Shown here: one piece after another, positions 28,004 to 39,245 of the stretch
Numbering within the stretch: position 1 is the first letter of the stretch
Layout of the letters: each line of letters starts with the position of its first letter
NCBI GenBank assembly: GCA_964016885.1
Contig: OZ024742.1
Coordinates: forward strand, 127,224,001 to 127,288,000
DNA: 64,000 nucleotides
Source of the DNA: Eledone cirrhosa
Taxonomy: Eukaryota
Direction: 5' to 3'
The notes under the pieces: model-generated
Told to the model about the DNA's origin: nothing
What the model saw: only the letters and a program-made list of their open reading frames with translations
Database searches by the model: none
Translations under genes and position numbers: made by a program

Positions 28004-28262
28004 TAAAAGGAATTCCAACTTTCTCTGATTTACTCGTTTTATTTACAACCCTTAAAAATTTATAATGGTATTAGAATGAAATAGTATGGTAGAATATTAA
28101 ATGTTAAGGGTTAATTGAACAAGTACTGTCATGCTTCAGGTTCATAATATGTGGTGACAGTCAAGTTTGCAATGTTCAACTGTGAAAATTGCAAACTTGA
28201 CTGTCACCACACAGGATTGTAAATAAAACGAGTAAATCAGACAAAGTTGGAATTCCTTTTAT
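28003..28262. repeat. Nested inverted repeats
   Basis: Outer arms of ~48 bp (28003-28050 and 28215-28262) and an inner perfect 24-bp hairpin (28150-28173 and 28188-28211). Confidence 0.8.
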
Positions 28263-28332
28263 TAATATAATCTTCTATACACAATCATACACACCCGTGT
28301 ATATTTATCTATCTATCTATATATATATGCAA

Positions 28333-29286
28333 AAAGATCCGGAAAACTGGGAGACTGGCACACTGAGTGTGCTCAGGCGCTCAGGGCTCTCTGGCAAGCG
28401 GGCCGGGCCATCGGTGGAGAATCCACCTCAGCATTCTATAGAGGGCTGGTGGCTAGCAGGGGCGATGACACCCTTGGAGAGTCGCTGGACATGGAAGAAG
28501 ACGAACTGGCCAGCCTGTTCGGTAGGACTTTCGGCCCAGGACCAATGGACAACTTCCAGAAGTCACTGGCCTGGCAGTGCTACCGGGGGGCTCTACCCGT
28601 TCGAGAGAGGCTCTACAGACACGGGCGCCCGGGCAGGGATCCCTCAAAAAAGATTTGCCCTAGATGCGTGCGTCACGAAGAAACCGTTGCGCACGCATTG
28701 GTGCAATGTCAGGGCGTGGCTGATCTGTGGGGCTACGCCGAACAACTGCTGTCGCGGGTGGCGCCGATTAAATTGACCGCCGAGTCCGTGATGACAATCA
28801 AACCGCCTCCCCTCTTCACAAAGGAAGCAAAGGCGGTTTTTCTGTGCGTAATAGCCATGTTGAAAGAGGTTGTTTGGTGGACACGATTGAAAGGTCTGAG
28901 GTCAGGCAACTTCCTCTCTGGCCATAGTCTGGTCTACTTCTTCCGATATCACTTCGGAAGAAGGATAAGAATGGAGAGAGAGGTGCTTGGCCACAGGCAG
29001 TTTTATGAAAGGTGGGTGATAGTGGCGAGAATGGCTCGTGTAAATGGGCCTTCTCTGTATACCATCCTGTAGGTAAAGAAGTAAAGGAGAGGGGAGCACC
29101 TTCTCCATGTGCTCCCCGGGCAAAGGATTGCACACTTTTTCGGGGGTGTGTGCAACCCCCATCACGTCCCCTCCCTTTTGAGGTTATTTTCGATTATTTT
29201 CAAGTTACACCCTTTTTACTCGATTATATGTAAACTCCCCCTTTGTATTTGTCCCTTCTTTTTATGCCTTTATGGTAAATAAAGAA
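28333..29286 (+). mobile_element. 5'-truncated Tx1/L1-type LINE (subfamily B) with 22-bp TSD
   Basis: Nearly identical to ~34175-35128 and flanked by ATCTATCTATATATATATGCAA at 28311-28332 and 29287-29308. Confidence 0.92.
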
Positions 29287-29540
29287 ATCTATCTATATAT
29301 ATATGCAAGCAATCTAGCTGTCGTCTGTTCTACAGTGTGGATGTCATTCACTTCGCACAGAAGTTTTGTTCAAATTTATTGAGGAAATTTTGTGACTTCA
29401 AACTTAATTTTGATACAATTGTGTAGCTTGACCCTCCGTCTGAACTGTCAGGCGGTGGGTCAGCTCATCTTTACCCCTCCTAGAGGTGAAAAACCTGTTT
29501 TAAAAAATTTTGTGTAAAAAATTTCAATCGTCTAACAGAA

Positions 29541-31442
29541 ATGTTAAACGCAGCGAACGAAAATAGTGGTGGGGGGACAGCGGTAAGAGTTGTAAGCTCG
29601 CACGCTTTAGTCCTCCCTTCCTTCCCAACTAACGTCATAGAGAAGGAAGGAAAAATTAAAATAAAAACAGACGAATCTGCGGAGAAAAAATTAAATGACG
29701 AAAACACAAATCTGGACTTGGATTCCAACAACGAAAAAAAAAAAATTGAAAAATTGCATGACAATACTAATAACACAAACAAAGACACAACAAACACAAA
29801 AATAACATTTGAAAATAACACCATATCAGAAAACAAAGCAGACGACAAGATTTCATTTGCACAGAAAACAAAGAAATCTTTGACTTATATAGCGGAAAAC
29901 ATTTCAGATGTGGTACGAAGGATCACGGACGCCAAACAATACATAAGTGAAGGAGAGAATGGTATTTTATCGGTAAAAATGCCTCAAGAATTCACGAAAG
30001 ACATTGAAAGCCGAACGGTCAAGTTTCGGACCATCAACAACAGTACAAAAAAACCTGAACAGCCTTCTCAAGCAGATATCAAAACAGTACTCACAGAAGT
30101 ACTTAATGAAACCACTTTCATAAGAAAAGACAGACTGTATGGAAGCCTAGCAATTATCATGAAGAACGAATCGGCGGCAAAAAAATGTGCTTTGTCACCG
30201 ATTCGTTCGAAAAATTTCACCTTTTATCCATCTTATATGGGGAAAAGAACTCAACGCATATGGCTGGATGCAATGATGCCAGATGTGGACTACTGCTGGC
30301 TCATAGCTGGCTTCATCGATCCAGTGAATGACAACGTGATTTCCATTGGGAAAACCACAGGCAATGCGTTCAGTGGAACAGGTATAGAGCTGGTAGTACA
30401 AATGAAGCCTGAACGCATCGCCCAAATACCCGACAGAATCCTATTAGAGGACCACGGGTATATAAACATTAGCGTGGAGGGGAGAAGGCCGTCCTGCCAT
30501 ATCTGTGCAGGCAGAGGGCACCTGAAGGCCGCTTGTCCCCAACTCAACAAAAAGAAAACCCTGCTACCAACACCAGCTCCACCACCACCACCACAACAGA
30601 TAAACAAACAACAAAACTCAGTCCCACCCAACCCGTCCCTCAGTAAAACCACAACACCACCACAACACAAACAGTCACAACACATTACCCTAAAACAAAA
30701 TACAGGCCCACCCAACCTCTCACTCAATAAAACAACACAACCACCGCAGACACAACACACAACACAGTCTAACATAGTGACATCCATCTCCCCCACAAAG
30801 AAAACCAACACGGAAACATTACCAGCAAACATACCTCTTCCCTCCAACACTGAAGATAACCCAACGAATTCGGAGGAAGAAACGGAGTCCTTCAGACAGA
30901 TTAAAAGGAAAAAAAGAAAACATGTGCAAAACACACAAGGACAAACAACCCCCACCCAAATCTCAACACAATCCAACAAAACAGAAAACACCCCTCCAGC
31001 AACAAACAAAACCAAACCTGCCCCTCCCCTCTTCGAAACACTCACACCATCGGAAAAAAAGACATTACACTATACTTACATCAACAGAAACAATAATAAA
31101 TTAAATGAGCTCATATACAATAATCCTTCGGTACAAACCGAAGGTGTAAACTTTGTTTCGTCAGAAAACTACCCACATTTAAAACTAATAAAGATCCCAA
31201 TGAACCTCTACCAAAAACTAAAAAAGGATTTTAAGGAGGACGTAGGACCACCCTCTGTCAAACCCATAAACCGCGTCCTACTAAAAAGCTTTCCCCCTCC
31301 CCTTCCCCTCCCCAACACAACTCCAAACACCCCAACCCCACCACACACTGACGACCCCACACCACCACAAGACACCCCTTCACCCAACACCCCCGACCCC
31401 ATGGAAGTCGTGCAACCCGAACCCCGGGAAGCGGAAAGGTAG
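29541..31442 (+). CDS. LINE ORF1 (gag-like nucleic-acid-binding protein), 633 aa
   Basis: CCHC knuckle CHICAGRGHLKAAC and a Pro/Thr/Gln-rich tail; it lies directly upstream of ORF2. Confidence 0.88.
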   Translation: MLNAANENSGGGTAVRVVSSHALVLPSFPTNVIEKEGKIKIKTDESAEKKLNDENTNLDLDSNNEKKKIEKLHDNTNNTNKDTTNTKITFENNTISENKADDKISFAQKTKKSLTYIAENISDVVRRITDAKQYISEGENGILSVKMPQEFTKDIESRTVKFRTINNSTKKPEQPSQADIKTVLTEVLNETTFIRKDRLYGSLAIIMKNESAAKKCALSPIRSKNFTFYPSYMGKRTQRIWLDAMMPDVDYCWLIAGFIDPVNDNVISIGKTTGNAFSGTGIELVVQMKPERIAQIPDRILLEDHGYINISVEGRRPSCHICAGRGHLKAACPQLNKKKTLLPTPAPPPPPQQINKQQNSVPPNPSLSKTTTPPQHKQSQHITLKQNTGPPNLSLNKTTQPPQTQHTTQSNIVTSISPTKKTNTETLPANIPLPSNTEDNPTNSEEETESFRQIKRKKRKHVQNTQGQTTPTQISTQSNKTENTPPATNKTKPAPPLFETLTPSEKKTLHYTYINRNNNKLNELIYNNPSVQTEGVNFVSSENYPHLKLIKIPMNLYQKLKKDFKEDVGPPSVKPINRVLLKSFPPPLPLPNTTPNTPTPPHTDDPTPPQDTPSPNTPDPMEVVQPEPREAER

Positions 31443-31475
31443 GTCTCTACACTCTCCTTTGGCTCTGCCGCCCAC

Positions 31476-34400
31476 ATGGATGTGTTAAGAGTAGGATGTT
31501 TGAATGCACGTGGCCTGGGCTCAACTTGGAAGCAAGCAAAGCTTCTAAATGACCTCAGGTCATGTAGTATAAATGTAATGGTTATCTGTGAGACTCGAAT
31601 CAGCGTCGTGCGGCAGCTGGCCCCCACCTTCGATGACTTTGAGGTGCATGCATCTCTCTGTCAACCTGGAGGTGGGGGTGGGGTTGTCGTACTGCTGCAA
31701 AAACACCTGGGTCTTGCCGTACAGGTTGTGCACTCGGACCCGGAGGGTCGTTTGTTGGTGCTAGACGTTGGCAGTAGTGAAAGTGCGGCCTTGAGACTGG
31801 TCGCCGTCTACTCCCCTTTCGGAGCTGAACGGCCCGACTTCTTCCAGCGTTTGGAGACTTTTCTGGGAACGTCGCGTTCCCTGCTTCTAGCGGGGTATTG
31901 GAATGACATCCTGGATGCACGTTGGGACTATGCAGGAGCATGTCCTAATAGAGGGGGGTGTAACAGCCTCAAGGGGTTACTCGACCGTTTTAACTTGGTC
32001 GATAGATATCGACTAGATTTTCCAACTGTGTCTACCTGGACTTGGAGAAACCACAGTGGTCAATCTAGATCGTACTTAGATAGATTCTTAGTTAGAAGTA
32101 AGGATAGGAACATATTAAGCTGTCCAGAAATGCGCACGGTTGGCTACACGGATCACAAATTAGTGACCTGCGTGGTCAATCTCGAGAAAACACATAGACA
32201 GGGTCCCGGTTACTGGAAACTTAATTTGTCTTTACCGGCAAAAGAGACTTACAGAAACCGGATTAGCAGATTAGTTAAGGAGAGGTTGACGGCTGCAATC
32301 GTCAACAACCGATGGTGGGCATCTCTCAAAAGAGAGATTAGAACAGAATCAATAAGTTATAGCAAGATGTTAGCTGCCGATAGGAATAGAAACGAGAAAG
32401 AATTAACAGGTAAATTAGAAGAGGCAATCAAGAGCGAAGATGTGGCCAGAGTGCTGGCATCGAGGACGGCCTTGAACCAGTTTTTCGATGCAAAGCACGA
32501 AGGCTGCGTCATTCCAAGTAAAATACGTGCTCTAGGTAATGAGGGGGCCAAAGCCGTTGGATGGGCCCGCGTGACAGAAGCTAAGAGTGGAAATCGATCC
32601 ACCATCTGGTCGTTGCAAGACGAAGATGGACGGGTGATCCGGGAGCCTAAGCAGATGTGCGAGGCCTTTCAAAGGCACTTTGCCCGATTGTTCGGTGGAG
32701 GCGAGTGTCCGGGAGGGGGCGTGGATTTCGGTCCATACCTCGACGGCCTGCCGCGTCTCTCGAACGAAGAGGCAGAGTCCTGCGAGGGACCAATCTCGGC
32801 TGATGAGATCGGAGATGCGCTGAGCCAATGCAGCAGACGCAAATCTCCAGGTCTCGATGGTATACCTTACGAACTTTATTTAGCAATGCCGGTCTTCTTC
32901 TCCGAACTCCTCGAAGCGGTCTACTGCAATTGGCAGCAGAACGGGAGAATTCCTTGTTCTGTAGCCAAGGGCGTAGTCACGCTGGTGAGGAAGGACGAGA
33001 ACAAGGGGGATAGTATAAATAATTTTCGGCCCATAACTCTGCTAAACACAGAGTTAAAGATTTTGGCCAAGGTGTTAGCAAAGAGGTTGGCGCTTGTCGT
33101 GGGTGGCCTGGTGGGAGATGCGCAGACATGTGCTATCCCATCCAGGTCCATTCACGATAACCTCCACCTCATGCGATACATCATAGAGAGGGTTGGCAAC
33201 AAACCCGGCTTCGGTGGGGCCCTGATCAACTTGGATCAGTCTAAGGCCTTCGATAGGGTCGACCATGGTTACCTGGATGCGGTGCTAGCGGCGGCTGGGT
33301 TCGGTCCTGTTTTCAGAGGCTGGATCACTGCCCTACATAGCAACCACATCTGTTCTAGGATCAAGGTGAACGGCTACCTCTCGAAGCCGTTCGAAATCAC
33401 ACGATCCATTCGACAGGGGTGCCCTCTCTCCTCCCTTCTGTACGTATTGACTCTCGAGCCTTTACTGAGGAAGTTGGAGTTGTTGCAGGGTATCCCCCTG
33501 GAACCAGGATTGAGCAAAGCGGTGTCGGCCTACGCCGATGATGTAACAGTAATGGTATCAACCGACTCGGAGATCGAGGCGATCGGTACCTTACTGGAGG
33601 AGTACGAAAGGTTGTCAGGAGCGAAACTGAACCGGGAAAAATCCATCGGGCTGCAACTCGGAACGTGGAGAGGCAGACCGATGCCTCCTGACGGTGTCGT
33701 CGGACACTGGACGGAGGGCCCGGTAAAGTTGCTTGGGGTCTGGTTTGGACCGGACTTCCAGGTGGAAAAGAACTGGAACGAGGTTACGAACAAGGTGTTT
33801 GCACTAACCCAGAAATGGGCCAAGTGTAAGCTGTCCCTAAAAGGCCCGGCGGAGGTGGCGAACATTTACATAGCGTCCGTCACTTACTACCGCCTGACTG
33901 TCGTGCCTTGCCCTAAGGAAACACTCACCACCATGGAACGCATGCTCTTCCAATTTCTTTGGAAGAAGCGTCCTCCTATGGTGAGAAGATCCATCTGCTG
34001 CCAACAACCTTCGAAAGGAGGGCTGGGGATGCCGTGGTTGATGATGCGTAGGCACGCATTAAGGCTACGGCACCTACAGGTATTCCTCACTGGTCAACCG
34101 GTGTGGTCTCCGTTCGTGAAACGAGCCTTTCCGAGACTCGTCTCGCTCACCGAGCTACAGTCCTGGGTCAAGCAAAGATCCGGAAAACTGGGAGACTGGC
34201 ACACTGAGTGTGCTCAGGCGCTCAGGGCTCTCTGGCAAGCGGGCCAGGCCATCGGTGGAGAATCCACCTCAGCATTCTATAGAGGGCTGGTGGCTAGCAG
34301 GGGCGATGACACCCTTGGAGAGTCGCTGGACATGGAAGAAGACGAACTGGCCAGCCTGTTCGGTAGGACTTTCGGCCCAGGACCAATGGACAACTTCCAG

Positions 34401-34913
34401 AAGTCACTGGCCTGGCAGTGCTACCGGGGGGCTCTACCCGTTCGAGAGAGGCTCTACAGACACGGGCGCCCGGGCAGGGATCCCTCAAAAAAGATTTGCC
34501 CTAGATGCGTGCGTCACGAAGAAACCGTTGCGCACGCATTGGTGCAATGTCCGGGCGTGGCTGATCTGTGGGGCTACGCCGAACGACTGCTGTCGCGGGT
34601 GGCGCCGATTAAATTGACCGCCGAGTCCGTGATGACAATCAAACCGCCTCCCCTCTTCGCAAAGGAAGCAAAGGCGGTTTTTCTGTGCGTAATAGCCATG
34701 TTGAAAGAGGTTGTTTGGTGGACACGATTGAAAGGTCTGAGGTCAGGCAACTTCCTCTCTGGCCATAGTCTGGTCTACTTCTTCCGATATCACTTCGGAA
34801 GAAGGATAAGAATGGAGAGAGAGGTGCTTGGCCACAGGCAGTTATATGAAAGGTGGGTGATAGTGGCGAGAATGGCTCGTGTAAATGGGCCTTCTCTGTA
34901 TACCATCCTGTAG
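31476..34913 (+). CDS. LINE ORF2: APE endonuclease, reverse transcriptase and C-terminal zinc finger, 1145 aa
   Basis: CLNARGL, ICETR, SYLDRF and TDHK; KSPGLDG, FRPITLLN, LDQSKAFDRVDH, IRQGCPLS and AYADDVT; CPRC..ETVAHALVQC. Confidence 0.95.
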   Translation: MDVLRVGCLNARGLGSTWKQAKLLNDLRSCSINVMVICETRISVVRQLAPTFDDFEVHASLCQPGGGGGVVVLLQKHLGLAVQVVHSDPEGRLLVLDVGSSESAALRLVAVYSPFGAERPDFFQRLETFLGTSRSLLLAGYWNDILDARWDYAGACPNRGGCNSLKGLLDRFNLVDRYRLDFPTVSTWTWRNHSGQSRSYLDRFLVRSKDRNILSCPEMRTVGYTDHKLVTCVVNLEKTHRQGPGYWKLNLSLPAKETYRNRISRLVKERLTAAIVNNRWWASLKREIRTESISYSKMLAADRNRNEKELTGKLEEAIKSEDVARVLASRTALNQFFDAKHEGCVIPSKIRALGNEGAKAVGWARVTEAKSGNRSTIWSLQDEDGRVIREPKQMCEAFQRHFARLFGGGECPGGGVDFGPYLDGLPRLSNEEAESCEGPISADEIGDALSQCSRRKSPGLDGIPYELYLAMPVFFSELLEAVYCNWQQNGRIPCSVAKGVVTLVRKDENKGDSINNFRPITLLNTELKILAKVLAKRLALVVGGLVGDAQTCAIPSRSIHDNLHLMRYIIERVGNKPGFGGALINLDQSKAFDRVDHGYLDAVLAAAGFGPVFRGWITALHSNHICSRIKVNGYLSKPFEITRSIRQGCPLSSLLYVLTLEPLLRKLELLQGIPLEPGLSKAVSAYADDVTVMVSTDSEIEAIGTLLEEYERLSGAKLNREKSIGLQLGTWRGRPMPPDGVVGHWTEGPVKLLGVWFGPDFQVEKNWNEVTNKVFALTQKWAKCKLSLKGPAEVANIYIASVTYYRLTVVPCPKETLTTMERMLFQFLWKKRPPMVRRSICCQQPSKGGLGMPWLMMRRHALRLRHLQVFLTGQPVWSPFVKRAFPRLVSLTELQSWVKQRSGKLGDWHTECAQALRALWQAGQAIGGESTSAFYRGLVASRGDDTLGESLDMEEDELASLFGRTFGPGPMDNFQKSLAWQCYRGALPVRERLYRHGRPGRDPSKKICPRCVRHEETVAHALVQCPGVADLWGYAERLLSRVAPIKLTAESVMTIKPPPLFAKEAKAVFLCVIAMLKEVVWWTRLKGLRSGNFLSGHSLVYFFRYHFGRRIRMEREVLGHRQLYERWVIVARMARVNGPSLYTIL

Positions 34914-35132
34914 GTAAAGAAGTAAAGGAGAGGGGAGCACCTTCTCCATGTGCTCCCCGGGCAAAGGATTGCACACTTTTTCGGGGGTGTGTGCAACTCC
35001 CATCACGTCCCCTCCCTTTTGAGGTTATTTTCGATTATTTTCATGTTACACCCTTTTTACTCGATTGTATGTAAACTCCCCCTTTGTATTTGTCCCTTCT
35101 TTTTATGCCTTTATGGTAAATAAAGAAATATA

Positions 35133-35168
<36 letters not shown>

Positions 35169-35265
35169 CATACACACACATACATATACATACATATATA
35201 AATACAAATACATACACACACATACACACATATACATACAAATACACATACATATATATATACAC

Positions 35266-35309
<44 letters not shown>

Positions 35310-35314
<5 letters not shown>

Positions 35315-35512
35315 AACGAGTAGGACCCCGACGGCTGAGCTCAAGCCGTTTCGACGGCTAATTCTGGATTCTCTGAGTCCAGAATTAGCCGTTGAAACGG
35401 CTTGAGCTCAGCCGTTGGGGTCCTACTCGTTCCTATTACCCACTCTACTACCCTAAGTATTGAGTACTTTGGTGCGTTATGGTCCACCTGGTTCCTTACC
35501 ACATTTCCTTCG

Positions 35513-35513
<1 letters not shown>
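35310..35513. repeat. Fold-back palindrome containing a partial hammerhead-like fold
   Basis: Arms 35310-35368 and 35378-35436 with a 9-nt loop. One arm also occurs at 23567-23624. Confidence 0.75.
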
Positions 35514-35591
<78 letters not shown>

Positions 35592-36262
35592 CATATACAC
35601 ACACACACATACACACACACATACACACACACATACACACATATATATATGTATACATATACACAAATATATACACACATACATACACATATATACACAC
35701 ATACACACATATACACATACACACATATATATATATACATACACATATATATATATCGTTATACTTGGGGAGGGTCATATTTGTGTAATATTGCCAGAAT
35801 TAATAACAGAACACACTCACTGTTTGGTTGGTTTTCGCTTCTCGCTGTCTTTTATATCTGTAATCTAGCTTACTCGGTCCTCAATGTTGCCATTGACTGA
35901 CCGACGGTCAAAAATAATACAGATACAATATAGACACAAACACATATATATAGTTTACATAATTTACATAAATCTTCGTTGCACATCTGCAACATCGTCA
36001 GTGGTGTTATATTTTCCTCCTGTTGTGTTGTATGTCTACACCATTTTTTATTCAGTCTGTCTATATATTTATTTATTTATTTGCTTGTTTGTTTATTTTA
36101 TTTTGTCTTCTTTGCGCATGCGTTTGCGTGTGTGTATAGTGTTATGTTTGCTGTGTGACTAGTGTGTATAGTGTTATGTTTGCTGGGTGACTAGTGTGTG
36201 TTTATGTGCTTGTTGTTATTGTGCTTGTGTATGTATTTATTTATCTTATTTTATTTACTTAT

Positions 36263-37099
36263 TTATACTTCTCTTAGGTCAGTGTTGTTTGTTTGGGTGT
36301 TGTTGTTATTCCACTCATTCTTTCTGTTTAGCTTTGGTCTTCTAATTTCTATTTCACTGGCCTCTCTGATTTGCCTATCTGCTGGGTCATTTCTATGTTT
36401 AGATATTATTCTAATTTCTATGTTGTCTATGTTACCGTCATGTTGTTGTCTAGCATGTTCGTATAGTACTGACCCGTTTTTTCGTCCTTTTAGTTCCCCC
36501 CAGTGTTGGTCTATCCTTTCACCTATGCTACGAGCTGTCTCACCTATGTATGTTGTTGTCATGTTTCTGCAAGTACCCTCTGTATATCTTATGCTATAGA
36601 CTACGTTTCTAGTTTTACAGTTTATCCGGGGGTTCACCTTACATATGATACATTTCCTATTGGTACAGTGGGTTTTCTTAAAAGGGTAGGTTTTGCTGAT
36701 CAGGGATTTTATGGTGATTCCTGGCTTTTCTACCACCTTTATTTTTAAGTGGGTCCTTCTCAGGGCCTTTCTACACTGGTTAGCTAATTTCCCTCCAGGG
36801 GTGGCGTCCACAAACATGACACTCGGGTATCTCTGGTTGTCGTACCATGATGTGGCTTTCCCTATCTTATGTCTAGCCCTATCTAAGCTATTCCATGATT
36901 TGCTCCTGTATAATGGGCAAATTCCTTTCATGTCCAGTTCTATGAGGGTCTTATACTTTTCCATGGCTCCTTCGTATACTCTGACTCTGTCTCTTTGGTT
37001 GTAGCCAGAGAACTGCATGCGGTTGATGAAGTGTTGGATGTGTCTTTCCATTTCTGTTGGGTCGCACATGCTGGACACATTCTTCATCACTCGTACCAA
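36263..37099 (-). mobile_element. Penelope-like element 3' fragment (post-RT region and GIY-YIG endonuclease), 278-aa open frame
   Basis: RMQFSGY, VMFVDATPGG, a Cys cluster, NVVYSI...YIGETARSIGERIDQH, RQIREA and LNRKNEW. Confidence 0.88.
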
Positions 37100-37143
37100 A
37101 TCTGCGATCAGAATATTAAACTTTAAACTTAAACTAATTCATC

Positions 37144-37181
<38 letters not shown>

Positions 37182-37357
37182 CAAATAAGTACTCAATAAA
37201 TATACGCATATACAAAGGCACATAAATAAAGCTCTACAGGCAGAAAATGCAGATAGGTAAGAGGTACTCACATAACCATAGTGGCCGTATTTCAGGTTGA
37301 GGAGGGGTGGAGGTAGGGTGGGAAGGAGGTATAGGGGCTAAAAGGAAGACGTCGTTT

Positions 37358-38470
37358 TTAGCCATCGGGCTTTAACACTGGCTTAAAGTATTTGAAAGTT
37401 GCAAAGTTCTTGTGCATGCAGTTCGGGCAGTGTTCAGAGAGTTTGTTCAGTAGCAGGGCCTTGGCGAATAAAATTTCGTAGCTCTCTGAGATACAAATGT
37501 CGCAGCCCTTGTGTCTTCCGTTGTAAGAGGCGCTTTCTGGAGTATTTTCCATTTAAGCGTGAAGGGGTGGAGTTCCTTTTGAGGTCCCAAACATAGGAGG
37601 CGAGTGTTGTCTGGTTTGATTTGTCCGGTCTTATGAAGGAGTGGGTATGGGCATACCAACGAGTCTTAAAATTATTGGAAGTCATGCCGATGTAAGTTTT
37701 TTTGTTATTGCAATCATCGGTGCCTGAGATGACATCGCATTTGTATACGATATCATTTGTGAGGCATTTGTTTTCAAGTGGGCATGCTTCCTTATTTAGG
37801 CAATTATACAAATCCCCAGTCCGGGGATTGGGTTCGGAGGTGGTTGGCTTATTTAATTTTTTAGAATTGTGGTTGGCTATATTCCTAGCTAGGTTAGGTG
37901 TGGTGGAGTAGGAGAGTCTTATTGTGTTCTTATTAAAGATGGTGTAGTACCTATGGTGTATGGGGAAGTGTGTTTTCAGCAAAGTGAAGAAAATCCTAGC
38001 TATCGGTGTAGAGACCTCTCTATTGAAGGGAGGGTTGTACCAGCTAATCTGCCTATGCCTATTCCTCCTCTGCAATCTTGCGGTGGTTTCTATGTAGGTT
38101 ATCTTTTCTTTAAATCCGCTGCGGGCGAGTGCGTCATTGTAGTAGGAGGCAGAGGCGTTAAAAATATCTTTGTTGGCAGAGAGGCCAGATATTCTAATAG
38201 AGACGCTTTTTACTAAGTTATCAGTGATGTTTTGGGGGTGGTTTGAATTAACATTAATATATCTAAGGGACTCGTTAGGTTTGTGGTACGGGTAATAGAG
38301 GGAAGTTTCTAGGTCGAGAGTGACATCTAAGAAGTTGGCCCTAGTCAAATTAGATTCTATAGTTATACTAAATCCTAGATTAGAGAAGAACGAGCTTAAG
38401 TTTTTCCGAAACCCATCGGTGGTTCTGGGGTTAATCTTGTGCAGGGCGAAGAGGCCGTCGTCTCGGTTAT
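37358..38470 (-). mobile_element. Penelope-like element fragment (RT C-terminal half and GIY-YIG), possibly Naiad-like
   Basis: [29 protein letters not shown] and [25 protein letters not shown]. There is a frameshift near 37560, and the 5' end is truncated at (TA)n. Confidence 0.88.
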
Positions 38471-38506
38471 ATAATATGTATGTGTGTGTATATATATATA
38501 TATGTA

Positions 38507-38720
<214 letters not shown>

Positions 38721-38738
38721 CACACACACACATACATA

Positions 38739-38803
<65 letters not shown>

Positions 38804-38849
38804 ATTTATACGCTAGATTATATGGTTTCAATTGAATGGAAATAAACTG

Positions 38850-38920
38850 TGGGTGGCGTATTGGTATAAGGGTAGCACAGTGCTCATGATAACCAAGGAT
38901 GTGGGTTCGTGTCCCGTGTA
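38850..38920 (+). mobile_element. tRNA-derived SINE head remnant
   Basis: A-box-like TGGCGTATTGG and B-box-like GGTTCGTGTCC; no complete cloverleaf. Confidence 0.45.
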
Positions 38921-39245
38921 CGTCAATGTTCAACCATTTTATCCATTCTGTGGCTATTTTATAATCCCATCTAAGAGGCCAATTTACTTTCCGTTTCAGT
39001 ATATTTTCAAATATAACATTGTCATCGACAGCTACTCTCGCATCAAATAATTCAGTTCCAGTAAACATACCAATGCTATCATTGCGTGTTCCCACTGTTG
39101 GGGACATTCCACAAGAAGAAATACTGAAATCTGTAACATAAAAGGATTTTACGATTCAAGACACAGATGCTTCATTTCTGTTTCCCCTTATATATAAGTA
39201 TTGGCGCTTACATCGAATGAAGCATCCTACTGTCTGTCTGTCTGT

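Larger units (their letters stand above)
29309..35130 (+). mobile_element. Full-length Tx1/L1-type LINE (subfamily B)
   Basis: 5' UTR, open ORF1 and ORF2, and a 3' UTR with AATAAA running into (TA)n. Confidence 0.93.

Noticed and set aside
38850-38920. Functional tRNA gene
   Set aside because: Cloverleaf pairing is incomplete; better explained as a SINE head.
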